From positions 64,108,001-64,172,000 of the forward strand of contig OZ024743.1 in assembly GCA_964016885.1 (NCBI GenBank): a DNA stretch of 64,000 nt. The letters run 5' to 3'. The stretch is from Eledone cirrhosa. Lineage: Eukaryota. The translations under genes and the position numbers were made by a program. Under the pieces are notes generated by a model. It searched no databases and was not told the DNA's origin. It worked only from the letters and a program-made list of their open reading frames with translations. Shown piece by piece: positions 52,460-64,000 of this stretch; the first letter of the stretch is position 1; each line of letters opens with the position of its first letter.

Positions 52460-53044
52460 TGGTATGGTCACGTGATGCGCATGAAAGACGACAGCTGTAT
52501 AACAAAGTGCAGGGCAATAAAGATAGACGGTAGCCACGGAGTAGGCAGACCCAGAAAAACCTGGGACGAGCTGATAAATTCCGACCTCACACACTTACAC
52601 CTCTCCAAGACAATGTCACTGGACCGAGACCTTTGGCGGTACTCAGTAATAAATACAAAGTAAAACCTACTACAGTCAGTAGGCATCTCTAACAAAATAC
52701 ACCCCCGTCCCACCTCCCCCACCCCATCCACACTGCCCCTTTCAATGTAAAGTTATGTTGGTGCCACAACATCCAGGCCGAAACAAATGAGATCGTGTAG
52801 GTGTCACGACAAAAAAACACACAGTCCACGCTGTAATGTGGCTGTGTAGGCAACACGGTAAAAACCTCCCAGCCCCACACTGTAAATGTGGTTGGTGTTA
52901 GGAAGAGCATCCAGCTGTAGAAAACCCGCCAGACAGTCCTATGCGAGCAATGACAACCACTCTTGCCTCAAGTGGGAAAACTCCCGTCCAAACCCATGCA
53001 AGCGTGGAACATGGACGTTAAACGATGATGATGATGATGATGAT
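52460..53044 (+). mobile_element. RTE family A 3' fragment inserted in a 24-bp tandem repeat
   Basis: Matches 2116-2727. TAGTTATTTGTAGTTATATTGTAA units on both sides (52352-52459, 53045-53095). Confidence 0.9.
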
Positions 53045-53861
53045 TTGTAGTTATATTGTAATAGTTATTTGTAGTTATATTGTAATAGTTATTTTTAGGA
53101 AGATCTGCTACTCTTCATTTTTTTTTTGGGGGGGGGGGGCATATACTCTCGGGTCTTGAATAATGCCTCCCTCCCCCCAGTGCTTATTAATTTTTCAGAT
53201 TTTTTCCAACACTTCGATCTTATTCCACCACCACCACCCCACACAGCTTATTAAATTTTGCTAATCTATCCCCGGCGAAATTTTATTTTAAGTAGTAGCA
53301 TTCCAGTAACAATTAATTTTCTTTACTCATTAAAAAGCATTATACATGACAAAAAAACCCCACTATTATGTTGGTGTTTGGAAAATAACTTAAAGTTTCT
53401 TACAAAAAATTATTATATATGTGTTTGTGTATAGAACAATGAAAAAAAGACAAAGTCAGAAGTAGGTGGTTAATTAGTTCATTGTTTTATGATTGTCTCA
53501 GAGGATTGATTGATCATGGCATATCGATAGACTGAGTAGTAGGTAGTGGTTAGGTGACTACTTATTTCTAGTCTCAAAATTCCAGTTTGATCGACTGTCT
53601 TCAGAAACACTCACAAAAAAATATTATGGAAAATTTAGATTTATACAAAAGGTTTGTCTTCATAGAACCAGGGGTGGTTTCAGGCTGGTCAGTAACCAAG
53701 AGGATTAAGGCAACCTTCCCTTTTACTGGACTTGTACTTGATTTATCAACCAATAAAGGATAAATGGCAAAGTTAGGCTCAGTAAGATTCAAGATCAGAG
53801 TGCAGTGACCTGGGACAAATCCTCACATATTTAATCCAACATACTGCTTGAGACTACTACA

Positions 53862-53868
53862 GTGATGA

Positions 53869-53902
<34 letters not shown>

Positions 53903-53910
53903 GGTGGTGG

Positions 53911-53964
<54 letters not shown>

Positions 53965-54890
53965 CGGTGATGATGATGATGATGATGGGGATGATGATCA
54001 GGATCAGGTGATGATGATGATGATAAAGCAGACGATGATGACAATGATGATGATGTTCATAATGATAATGATGGTGATAATGATGATGTTGAAGATGGTG
54101 ATGTTGATGTAGATGATAATGATGATGATGATGATGATGTAGATGATGATGATGATGAAGATCAAGGTGTTATGAAAGAGAGGAAGAACAAAGTGCCCCC
54201 TCTCCCCATCATGATCAGAATTTCTCAGCTGCTCGTTCTATCAGAGCCTTATTTTTAGAGACTTAAGCTTAGTAACTGGCACCAAGCATGAAACATTGTC
54301 ATTTCTGGTGGTGGTGGTGGTGTGGTGGTGGTGGTGGTGGTGGTGGTGGTGGTGGTGTGGTGGTGGTGGTGGTGGTGGTGGTGGTGGTGGTGGTGGTGGT
54401 GGTGGTGGTGGTGGTGGTGGTGGTGGTGGTGGTGGTGGTGGTGTGGTGGTGTGGTGGCGGTGGTGGTGGTGGTGGTGGTGTGGTGGCGGTGGTGGTGATG
54501 ATGGTGGTGGTGGTGGTGGTGGTGGTGGTGGTGGTGGTGGTGGTGTGGTGGTGTGGTGGTGGTGGTGGTGGTGTGGTGGTGTGGTGGCGGTGGTGGTGAT
54601 GATGGTGGTGGTGGTGGTGGTGGTGGTGGTGGTGGTAATATTGGTGGTGTAGTGGTGGTGAAGGTGGTATTGGTGGTGTGGTGGTGGTGGTTGTGTGGTG
54701 GTTTTGATGTTGATGGTGGTGATGTTGGTGGTGGTGTTGATGTTGGTGTTGTTGATGTTGATGGTGGTGATCTTGGTGGTGGTGTTGATGTTTGTGGTGA
54801 TGTTAGTGTTGTTGGTGTTGGTGTTAGTGTTGTTGGTGGTGGTGTTGGTGGTGGTGGTGGTGTTGGTAGTAGTGTTGGTGTGATGTGATA
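53862..54890. repeat. (GAT)n and (GGT)n trinucleotide tracts
   Basis: Direct inspection: 53862-54160 and 54306-54885. Confidence 0.95.
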
Positions 54891-55432
54891 GAGGAAATGA
54901 GGCTCTCTGCCCTCCTTCCTCCCCCTACACAACATATTTTCTATGTGGAGCAGAGTAAACAGTACATTTAACACACACACACATATATATATACATATAT
55001 TATGTATCTATATATATATATATATACATCCACATATCTATATATCTATATATACTTGTACATATCTATATATACATATACATCTACACACACACGCACA
55101 CATATATATATAAATGTGTGTGTATATGTGTGTATATGTGTGTATATATATGTATGTGTGTATATATATGTGTGTATATATATATGTGTATGTGTGTGTG
55201 TAATAATGATGATATAGAAGACATGTTTGTATGAAATATTTGCGTACAAACTGGGTAATAATAGAGTAAGTATAAATAAGTTGTTAATAATATATCATGT
55301 ATATAGGGGAATAATGATGTGTGGTGTGTGGTGTGGTGTGGTGTGGTGTGGTATGGTGTGTGGAATGGTGTATGGTGTGGAATGGTGTGTGGTATGTGAG
55401 TTCATTTATGTGTGTGTATGATGTGAGTGTGT

Positions 55433-55472
<40 letters not shown>

Positions 55473-55874
55473 GTATGTGAGTTAGTTTATGTGTATATGT
55501 GTGTATGTTTTATGTTGTGTCTGTATGTATATGCACATGTGCACGTGTGTGTGTGTGTGAGTCTGTTTGTGCCGGTGTAAAAGTTGGAGGCTTAGAGCCA
55601 ACATAAAATGAACAATCCAGGTGTTTTAGCCCACAAGTTCTTCAGAAGACTGCTACATATCTTGTATTCTTGTACACACACCACTAGAGGTGAGTTTTGT
55701 ACTCTCAATCACTTGATGCCACAGAGACCAGGATAAGCACCAGCCTGATGGGCTTCCAAGATTGAGGCAGACTTTAGATTGTTATGTTGACACACAAATA
55801 AACAAGAAGACAGCTTTAACCCTTTCAATACTCTATTTGTTTATAATTCTCAAATCATTTTGAATATAATTAAG

Positions 55875-56165
55875 AATGCTGTGATACCTTCTCTAGTGAC
55901 AACCTGGTGCTTTTGTCTACCAACCTAGGCTCTGCTGCCCGCCAGGTCGAAGAGGGCAAACTGTTCAACTATCGGCCGCTCACTGATAGGTTTGTGGTAG
56001 AGCCTGTAGCGGTGAAGACATCTGGTGTTCGTGGTCCCTGGACCACATCTCTACTCACTGCTATCGGAGTGGAGTTGGTTGCCTGCACATGTGAGTGGCT
56101 GCTCTAGTGCATCTCCCTCACTGTTCTCCGGGGCAATGACTTCTCTATCCTGTCAGCCGAGATCC
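55875..56165 (+). mobile_element. CRE-like non-LTR 3' fragment
   Basis: CCDTFS..GSAARQVEEGKLFNY..EPVAVKTSGV.GP..EWLL*CISLTVLRGNDFSIL. Confidence 0.72.
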
Positions 56166-56459
56166 AAAGGCGGAGGGTAAGTTAGTTGGAGGTGGAGGGT
56201 ACTCATTCAGATATTGCACATACTGTATATACACACATACACAAAATAGATAAAAAGTAAGTTTAGTGAGTGATAAATTAAACAGTCACATCTATATCAT
56301 CAAGAATTTGGAGTAATTTAGTGACATAACCATTTTTCACATTATTAAGTTAATATTTGGAACATAACTTAACAAAGATCCTTACATAAAATTCGGATGG
56401 AAGTTTTCTAGATAAATGTATACACTCTGTAGAACAGACGCATTAAGTAGGTGAGTGAG

Positions 56460-57160
56460 GCTAGCTGGATACAGGGAAAATCGGATGGGTCAAACCAGCT
56501 GGATGTAGGGAAAATTGGATGGGTCAAGCCAGCTAGATGTAGGGAAAATTGGATGGGTCAAGCCAGCTGGATGTAGGGAAAATTGGATGGGTCAAACTAG
56601 CTGGATGTAGGGAAAATTGGATGGGTCAAACCAGCTGGATGTAGCGGAAATTGGATGGGTCAAACCAGCTGGATGTAGCGGAAATTGGATGGGTCAAGCC
56701 AACTGGATGTAGCGGAAATTGGATGGGTCAAGCCAGCTGGATGTAGGGAAAATTGGATGGGTCAAGCCAGCTGGATGTAGGGAAAATTGGATGAGTCAAA
56801 CCAGCTGGATGTAGGGAAAATTGGATGGGTCAAACCAGCTGGATGTAGTGGAAATTGGATGGGTCAAACCAGCTGGATGTAGCGGAAATTGGATGGGTCA
56901 AGCCAGCTGGATGTAGGGAAAATTGGATGGGTCAAGCCAGCTGGATGTAGGAAAAATTGGATGGGTCAAACCAGCTGGATGTAGGGAAAATTGGATGGGT
57001 CAAACCAGCTGGATGTAGCGGAAATTGGATGGGTCAAACCAGCTGGATGTAGCGGAAATTGGATGGGTCAAACCAGCTGGATGTAGCAGAAATTGGATGG
57101 GTCAAGCCAGCTGGATGTAGGGAAAATTGGATGGGTCAAACCAGCTGGATGTAGGGAAAC
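56460..57160. repeat. 34-bp minisatellite, ~20 copies
   Basis: CCAGCTGGATGTAGGGAAAATTGGATGGGTCAA(A/G). Confidence 0.97.
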
Positions 57161-57871
57161 TTGAAAGACAATTAAAAGAAGTATTTATGGAGGGAACATT
57201 TTAGTGTTCTACTTGAGCAAGCAAGCTAAGAAGGGTGAAATGGGTGGGAAAACAGGTGGAGCATCCTCATCATTATCATCACTGTTTAACATCCATTTTT
57301 CCATGCTAGCATGGGTTAGAGAAGCCAGGTCAGATGACCATGTCATGCTCATACAGAACTGATTTTGGATTGATTTCTACACCTGGATGCCCTTCCTAAC
57401 ACCAACCACATTTACAGTGAGGATGTGTACACAAATCAAATTTGGAGACTAAAAGAGTACCAGCAGGACTGGTGAGGGGGGAAGTTAACTCTGCCATGGA
57501 CAGGTATTCTCTCCAGAGAGGGGGGAATCTTGCACTCTCAGTCAATTAGTAGCTTCTAATTTTGGCATAAGGCCAGTAATTTGAAGTGGGGTGGGGAAAA
57601 TCCATTAAATTGACCCGAGTGCATTGCATCTATGTCCCAAGCTTACATTGACCAGAGAGGTTTTCTGTTACATCTATGTCCCAAGCTTACATTGACCAGA
57701 GAGAGGTTTTCACATTCTGTGGCCAGACAGGTCAGAGGATTCTGTCTTGTTCGTATATTCCATTTTGTACTGGTTTCTATGGCTGGATACTCTTCCTAAT
57801 ACCAACTATTTCTTTTGTGTATGTATGTTTGTATGTGTGAGTGTATGTATGTATGTATATATGTATGTATG

Positions 57872-58148
57872 GGCATTCTTCTAGGAGAAGGCAACTCAGG
57901 AAACTGAGATAACTCCGATGTAAAACCTGCGGCTCAGTAGTTACCGATGATGTTGATCTTTTCTTCTTTTCAGGTTATAGCTACTGTTGCTCAGAGAGTG
58001 GGATTGGCTCAGTGCACAGTCTTTCCTCACTTTAAAAAATATCTTCACGCACAGGCATTGCACGATAGAATTAATTAATAATTATTAATAATGTTATATC
58101 GTGGAATGGACATACTCGAAAACTAGGGGGCAGCCATCATGTATGTAT
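57872..58148 (+). mobile_element. Diverged relative of the bipartite RTE-derived element
   Basis: CTAGGAGAAGG, AAACCTGC, GATGATGTTGA, GAGAGTGGGATTGGC, CACAGGCATTGC, TACTCGAAAAC..GGCAGCCATCATGTATGT in the same order. Another relative at 60961-61235. Confidence 0.7.
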
Positions 58149-58787
58149 ATGTGTGTACGTAATATATGTATGTATGTGTGTACATGTGTATCTGTGTATA
58201 TATGTGTGTATGTATGCGTGTGCATGGAAGTTTGTGTTTATGTATGTGTGTGTATGTATGAGTGTAGGCATATGTGTGTGTGTGTGTGTATGTGTATAGG
58301 TGTATGTATGTGTGTGCATGTATTTTTGTGTGTAGGTGTATGTGTGTGTGTAGGTGTGTGAATCAGAGAACACAAGAAAATGATAAGTTATTACATGAGT
58401 TAACACAGACAGAGAATGTAGAGGAGGAAGTGGAAGAAGTAGTGGGATAGGGGGTGAGAGAGGGGGGTATACATGCTGATTGTGTATATATATGTATATA
58501 TATGTGTGTGTGCGATGTGTATAAATACACACATATATTCATATATATATATATATACATATATATTCATATATACATATATGTGTATGTATTTTTGTGC
58601 ATGTGCAGATACATATTTACATATATATATATATATGGGTGTGTGTGTGTATGTGTATATATGTATACATATTAATATATTTATATAGGCACACATACAT
58701 ATACACACACAAACAGAGGCACAATATATATACATATATATAAATATATATATATATGTGATTATTCCAATATATATATATATTTGT

Positions 58788-58848
<61 letters not shown>

Positions 58849-59903
58849 TTATATATATAATAAACAAGAAGAATACTACAGAGGAAGGAAGATAGATGAG
58901 AGATAGATGGTGGCAGGGAGGGGTTGCCAGTGAATGGTTGAGAGGAATGGTGTGAGAGGGTAAGTAGAGAGGGAGAGGGAAAAGAAAGAATAGCAAGAAC
59001 CAAATTGGGAGTGGTGGAGGGGGAGGTAATACAATATGCACACACATACATATACATAATACATATACATACATTCATACATACATTCATACATAAATGC
59101 ATACATACATATATATACATATATATATATATTTTTTTTATTTTTATATATAATCCCAAATGTGTAGAAATTTGTGATATAGTAGATAAGAAGTTTTTGG
59201 TGGTACACACATACATATACATCAGTCTGGTGTGTTGTTTGTTTGTTGTTATTGTAGCAGCCGGTAGCCAGTAGAGGGAGCTACCTGCTACCTGACAAAA
59301 CTAGAAACAACAACAAAAAAACAAGACAAAAGAAGAAGAAGAAGAAGAAGAAGAAGAAGAAGAAGAAGACACCGGTAGAAGAAGGGGAAGAAGAAGAGAA
59401 AAAAAAAGAAAAAGAAGAATACAAATGGTATTTTACCAAAAAAAGGCCCGAGAACAGTTCTGAGGTGGAAAGGAAAGAAGTAAAGAAAGCAACATTTAAC
59501 CAACACATTTGTTCTACCCTTATTTTAACCTTTTCTAATTTTAGAGAAGAGGGGCAGAAAAAAAGGTTAAACTGAAAATCTCATCAGGTAGAAGATTATT
59601 TCAGTTTCATTGTCATTAAGTTATTGAGAGTACAAGACACCCTACACCCTTCCTACCTTGCTAAATAAAGTACCAGTCTATTGCAAGTTTTAAACCCCCT
59701 CCTTCCTTCGGCTGCTGCTGGTACTGGTACTAATCTTTGTGTTTCAGTTGTGTTGACTAGAGCAACGGTGAACACAACGTGCAAGCTGGTCTAGGAATTG
59801 AACCTTCTACATTGCAGTTGTGAGCCCAGCACCCTAAGCTACGGGCAAAAGAGAAAAAACAAATCGGAACTAAAAGGATAAAAATCTATCTGGCATAAAT
59901 AAA

Positions 59904-60285
59904 ATGTTGTCTTTAAATTTTATATCAGGGAGTCCGGCTATTTTATTTTTTCTCCTGTTTGCGCTGATCCCTTTTGGATGTGAATCATTACCACGGCAAC
60001 CAGATTGGTCAAACGAGGATCTGGCAAGACCCTGGTGTGCAATCCGTCGGGGAGAACAATGTTGCAGAGGCCGAAATGACGAGTGCACTATGCCCTTACA
60101 TGGAACTTTGTGCTACTGTGACGACTTCTGTAATTCAACTGCTTTGGATTGTTGCCCGGATTTCTGGTCCTTCTGCATGGGATCACGACCTCCATGGAAT
60201 TTCTTCACTACTACTACTGCTGCTTGGACTACCCGTTCTACACCCCGATCTGATATCCCTGATGAGGTTGGATCAGGTACCATAA
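59904..60285 (+). CDS. TINAGL1: First coding exon of a tubulointerstitial nephritis antigen-like (TINAGL1/Swim-family) secreted protein: signal peptide + somatomedin-B domain
   Basis: AAAATG start and hydrophobic signal (AILFFLLFALIPFGCES). WC..CCRGRNDECTMPLHGTLCYCDDFCNSTALDCCPDFWSFC matches the TINAG/TINAGL1 SMB pattern. Thr-rich linker, then a GTAAGT donor at 60286. Orthology is inferred from this exon only. Confidence 0.82.
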
Positions 60286-60359
60286 GTAAGTGGAAACCTT
60301 AATATTTATTTTGGCACCATTTTATACATTTTTACATTTTTAGATCCAAATACTTTTTC

Positions 60360-60390
<31 letters not shown>

Positions 60391-60401
60391 TATATATATA
60401 T

Positions 60402-60463
<62 letters not shown>

Positions 60464-60631
60464 CGAATAACTCTGTGTATACTCTGGGAATGTATCTTAC
60501 ATTGCCCATGGAGTACGCTGAGATACAACCGGTCCTGGCATTGATAAATATGCTGGGTCCGTCAACTCCTTATTATATATATATATATGAGTGTGTGTGT
60601 GTGTGTGTATGTGTGTGCGTGTGTGTTATGT

Positions 60632-60940
60632 AAGAAGAGTGCTCCATGTATAGTACAGAGCTATTTAATTATATAATAAACAACACAATATAATTATTCC
60701 ATTAGATTCCATTAGATCATGTGATAATTTCATTTTACTGGTCCATTATCTAGAGTTTTAATATTTCTGTAAAAATAAGTAAGACAATTATTCCATTATC
60801 CAAGGTTTCACGAAATGACATTTCTGTTAGATGTCTAATTTCGTGAAACCTTGAGTAATGGAATAATTATATTGTGTTGTTTATTATATAATTATATAGC
60901 TCTGTATTATACATAGAGCACTCTTCTTTCCTTTACCTTT
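60632..60940. mobile_element. Fold-back mini-element of the 44164 family, in the intron; hammerhead cores lost
   Basis: AAGAAGAGTGCTC..AATAAACAACACAATATAATTATTCCATT is inverted relative to 60857-60928. Inner hairpin CAAGGTTTCACGAAAT..ATTTCGTGAAACCTTG. Confidence 0.75.
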
Positions 60941-61286
60941 GTGTTGTTTATTATTAGACAGGGAAACTCTAAAAAAAATAAACCTGCGGCTTCGGAAGTA
61001 TCTGATGATGTTGACCAGTTCTCCTTTTTGGGTAGTGTTTTCAATGCTCAGCAAGTAGGATTGGTCGAGTGCAAGGCCTTTGCCCACTTAAAATACCTTC
61101 AAAGCACAGGTATTGCTTGTTCAGGATCTGTTACAGTTTCATGTGGCTGGCCGTAGACTAAAAGTGCACCATTTTCTGTAATCTGACAAGCAATTGCAAT
61201 ACTCTTAGCAGAGTTTGCAGCCATCATATATGTATATATATACATGTGTATGTATGTGTGTGCGTGTGTGTGTGTGTGTGTGTGTG

Positions 61287-61391
<105 letters not shown>

Positions 61392-61897
61392 TGTGTGTGT
61401 TTGTATGTATATATATATAAATATACTGAAAGATTGCTGACATATGATGAGACACGTGTTTTTTCACTTTCTGCCTTTTTCCTATTTTTTTTTTAGTCTT
61501 CCTTTTTCTTCTCTCCTTGAAAAAAATCCTCTCTTCTTTCTATGTTTTCCATTTTGATGAAAGACCAGCGCCTGAAACATCAAGACTATTTTTTAATGTC
61601 ACACTTCTGTACTGTTACTGTAATATATTGTTCTCTGGGAATGTTTTTCAACATTTTGACTTATACACGCACACACACACACACACGTGTTTGCCTTTGT
61701 TTGTGTGTGTTTAAAAACCGATAAGGAAAACTCTACTGGTGGTTGTTATTCTTTAATGATCATATGTTTACTTTCTTCAGACACTAATAGCGGTATCTTA
61801 TAAACTCGTATAAGCACCCGAATAAAGGTCACTATTTTTATGTCTGTTTTCACTCATAAATAAATAACATAATATCATCATCATTATCTCCATATAA

Positions 61898-62083
61898 CAG
61901 TGGATTGGCAGTATCGGTAGAGGGTCGGACGCCATGCTTTCCAGCATAGTTACATCCCTTTATGATCTGAGTTCAAATCCCGCCGAGGTTGACTTTGCCT
62001 TTCATCCTTACGGGGTCGATAAAATAAAGTACCAGTAATGTACTGGGTAATTGCTGGCCTTGTGCCTAAAGTAGAAACAATTA
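61898..62083 (+). mobile_element. tRNA-derived SINE (second family)
   Basis: A-box-like TGGCAGTATCGG, B-box GTTCAAATCC, central GACTTTGCCTTTCATCCTTACGGGGTCGATAAAATAAAGTACCAG. Partial copies at 19735-19792, 29200-29350, 44555-44660, 53710-53815, 57550-57620 and 62150-62245. Confidence 0.8.
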
Positions 62084-62241
62084 TCTCCATATAACGTCCA
62101 TGTTTCCATGCTGGCATGGGTTGGACGAATTATCCTGTTGTTAGCAACGCCAGGTCAATAAAATAAAGTACCAGTAATGCACTGGGATCGATGTAATGAC
62201 TTTTCCTCTCCCCACAAATTGTTGGCCTTGTGCCTAAATTA

Positions 62242-62279
<38 letters not shown>

Positions 62280-62564
62280 TTTTATTATTACTGTTATCAT
62301 TATTATTATTCAACATTTCAATGATGCAGATTAGACATCAGTGTAACATTTCTGTGTGGGTAGAGTGACCAATGAGAGTATTTAGATTGCAGTATTTAGT
62401 TAACTCCCTTTACATCCCTCCATGCTAAACATAAGGTTGAGAGGATTCTATATTCAGGTCATAGATACCACCTCCCTAGTGTTAATGCCATGATGTAAAA
62501 CGTTCAATATACTCAGTAAATTGATTGATATTAGGGAGGGTATCCAGCCGTACAAAACTTTTCA

Positions 62565-63060
62565 AAGGGCTGGGAGGATTCTTCAGTTGCATCAAGGACA
62601 TGACAACCTCCCTAGTGCTGGTACTATGATGTTAGAGTTAGGAAGGGTATCCAGCCATAGAATCCATACCATACAAAGGGCTGAGAGAACTCTTCAGTTG
62701 CATCAAGGACATGACAACCTCCCTTGTGCTGGTGCTATGATGTTAGAGTTAGGAAGGGTATCCAGCCATAGAATCCATACCATACAAAGGGCTGAGAGAA
62801 CTCTTCAGTTGCATCAAGGACATGACAACCTCCCTTGTGCTGGTGCTATGATGTTAGAGTTAGGAAGGGTATCCAGCCATAGAATCCATACCATACAAAG
62901 GGCTGAGAGAACTCTTCAGTTGCATCAAGGACATGACAACCTCCCTTGTGCTGGTGTTATGATGTTAGAGTTAGGAAGGGTATCCAGCCATAGAATCCAT
63001 ACCATACAAAGGGCTGAGAGAACTCTTCAGTTGCATCAAGGACATGACAACTTCCCAAGT
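62565..63060. repeat. 111-bp tandem repeat (~4.5 units) derived from an RTE-tail-like sequence
   Basis: GGAAGGGTATCCAGCC at 62641, 62752, 62863 and 62974. Confidence 0.93.
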
Positions 63061-63504
63061 GCTGTTGTTCTGATAAAAGACACCCAATTCCTCAATACAG
63101 TCTATAAAATAGTTTGCATTAGGAAGAGCATCCAACTGTTGAATCCTTGTCACATATTGTGTCATGCTGATTACACATGTCTGTGGAGTACTCAGCCACT
63201 TACATGTTAACTCACAAGCCAGATGTTCAGATGAAAAAATGATTGAATGATCACTGTTGAAACTGACAGAACATCTGTCAATCCTAACACTTGACTTAAC
63301 AAGATATTTTGTTGTTATTATAAACATCAACAACAAATCAGTGCCCCAGCATGGTCGTGGTTTAGTGACTGAAACTAGGAATAAGCAGCTGTTTCTAGTT
63401 TATGCCTGCAATAGTATGACACAATATTCACCACTGAGGTCAACTTTATATTTTATTCTAGTCAATAAAAGAAAACTATTTGTCAAATACTGAAGTTGAT
63501 ATCA

Positions 63505-64000
63505 TTTACTTTGCCCTCTCTAAATATTGTTGACTTTTAGGAGGATCATGTTGCCTCTTTACTTTGCCCTCTCTAAATATTGTTGACTTTTAGGAGGACC
63601 AATGTTGCCTCTTTACTTTGCCCTCTCTAAATATTGACTTTTAGGAGGATCAATGTTGCCTCTTTACTTTGCCCTCTCTAAATATTGACTTTTAGGAGGA
63701 TCATGTTGCCTCTTTACTTTGCCCTCTCTAAATATTGACTTTTAGGAGGATCATGTTGCCTCTTTACTTTGCCCTCTCTAAATATTGACTTTTAGGCGGA
63801 TCAATGTTGCCTCTTTACTTTGCCCTCTCTAAATATTGACTTTTAGGAGGATCATGTTGCCTCTTTACTTTGCCCTCTCTAAATATTGACTTTTAGGAGA
63901 TCATGTTGCCTCTTTACTTTGCCCTCTCTAAATATTGACTTTTAGGAGGATCAATGTTGCCTCTTTACTTTGCCCTCTCTAAATATTGACTTTTAGGAGA
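63505..64000. repeat. ~50-bp minisatellite running off the window end
   Basis: TTTACTTTGCCCTCTCTAAATATTGACTTTTAGGAGGATC(A)ATGTTGCCTC x ~10. Confidence 0.97.

Noticed and set aside
59545-59587. Possible 5' UTR exon (TTTTAG acceptor, CAG|GTAGAA donor)
   Set aside because: Splice-like motifs alone are insufficient without transcript evidence.
60259-60305. CTGATGA...GAAAC hammerhead-like core overlapping the exon end
   Set aside because: No helix I or stem II pairing; explained by codons (PDE) and the splice site.
61545-61590. TTGATGA-AAG..CCT-GAAAC motif (similar weak motifs near 4895, 8740-8780, 17300-17350, 18945-18985)
   Set aside because: Core deviations and missing helices; at best decayed pLTR remnants.
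62521-63210. 229-aa ORF with 37-aa repeats
   Set aside because: A by-product of a 111-bp tandem repeat made of retroposon-tail sequence; starts at TTG and has no domain signature.

Overview
Repeat-dense eukaryotic (animal) DNA. The extreme (TA)n/(CA)n/(GAT)n microsatellite load and the SINE/LINE repertoire suggest a mollusc, most likely an octopus (inference). Most long ORFs in the track are microsatellite artefacts. Real coding signals are: retrotransposon remnants (RTE LINEs carrying a PHD-like finger inside the RT region, one L1/Tx1, CR1, R4/Dong-like and CRE-like endonuclease tails, three Penelope-like elements); tRNA-derived SINEs; and one host exon at 59904-60285 (signal peptide plus somatomedin-B domain, TINAGL1/Swim-like). 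The most striking pattern is a set of short (180-380 bp) fold-back (palindromic) elements from several sequence families, usually abutting (TA)n. Their arms carry minimal type-I hammerhead ribozyme motifs (helix I-CUGANGA-stem II-GAAA-palindromic helix III-UH), often on both strands, and mirror the inverted-pLTR ends of the larger Penelope-like elements in the same window. Also notable is a ~605-bp bipartite RTE-derived non-autonomous element with a possible HDV-like ribozyme at its 5' end. All structures were read by eye; no database searches or folding programs were run.
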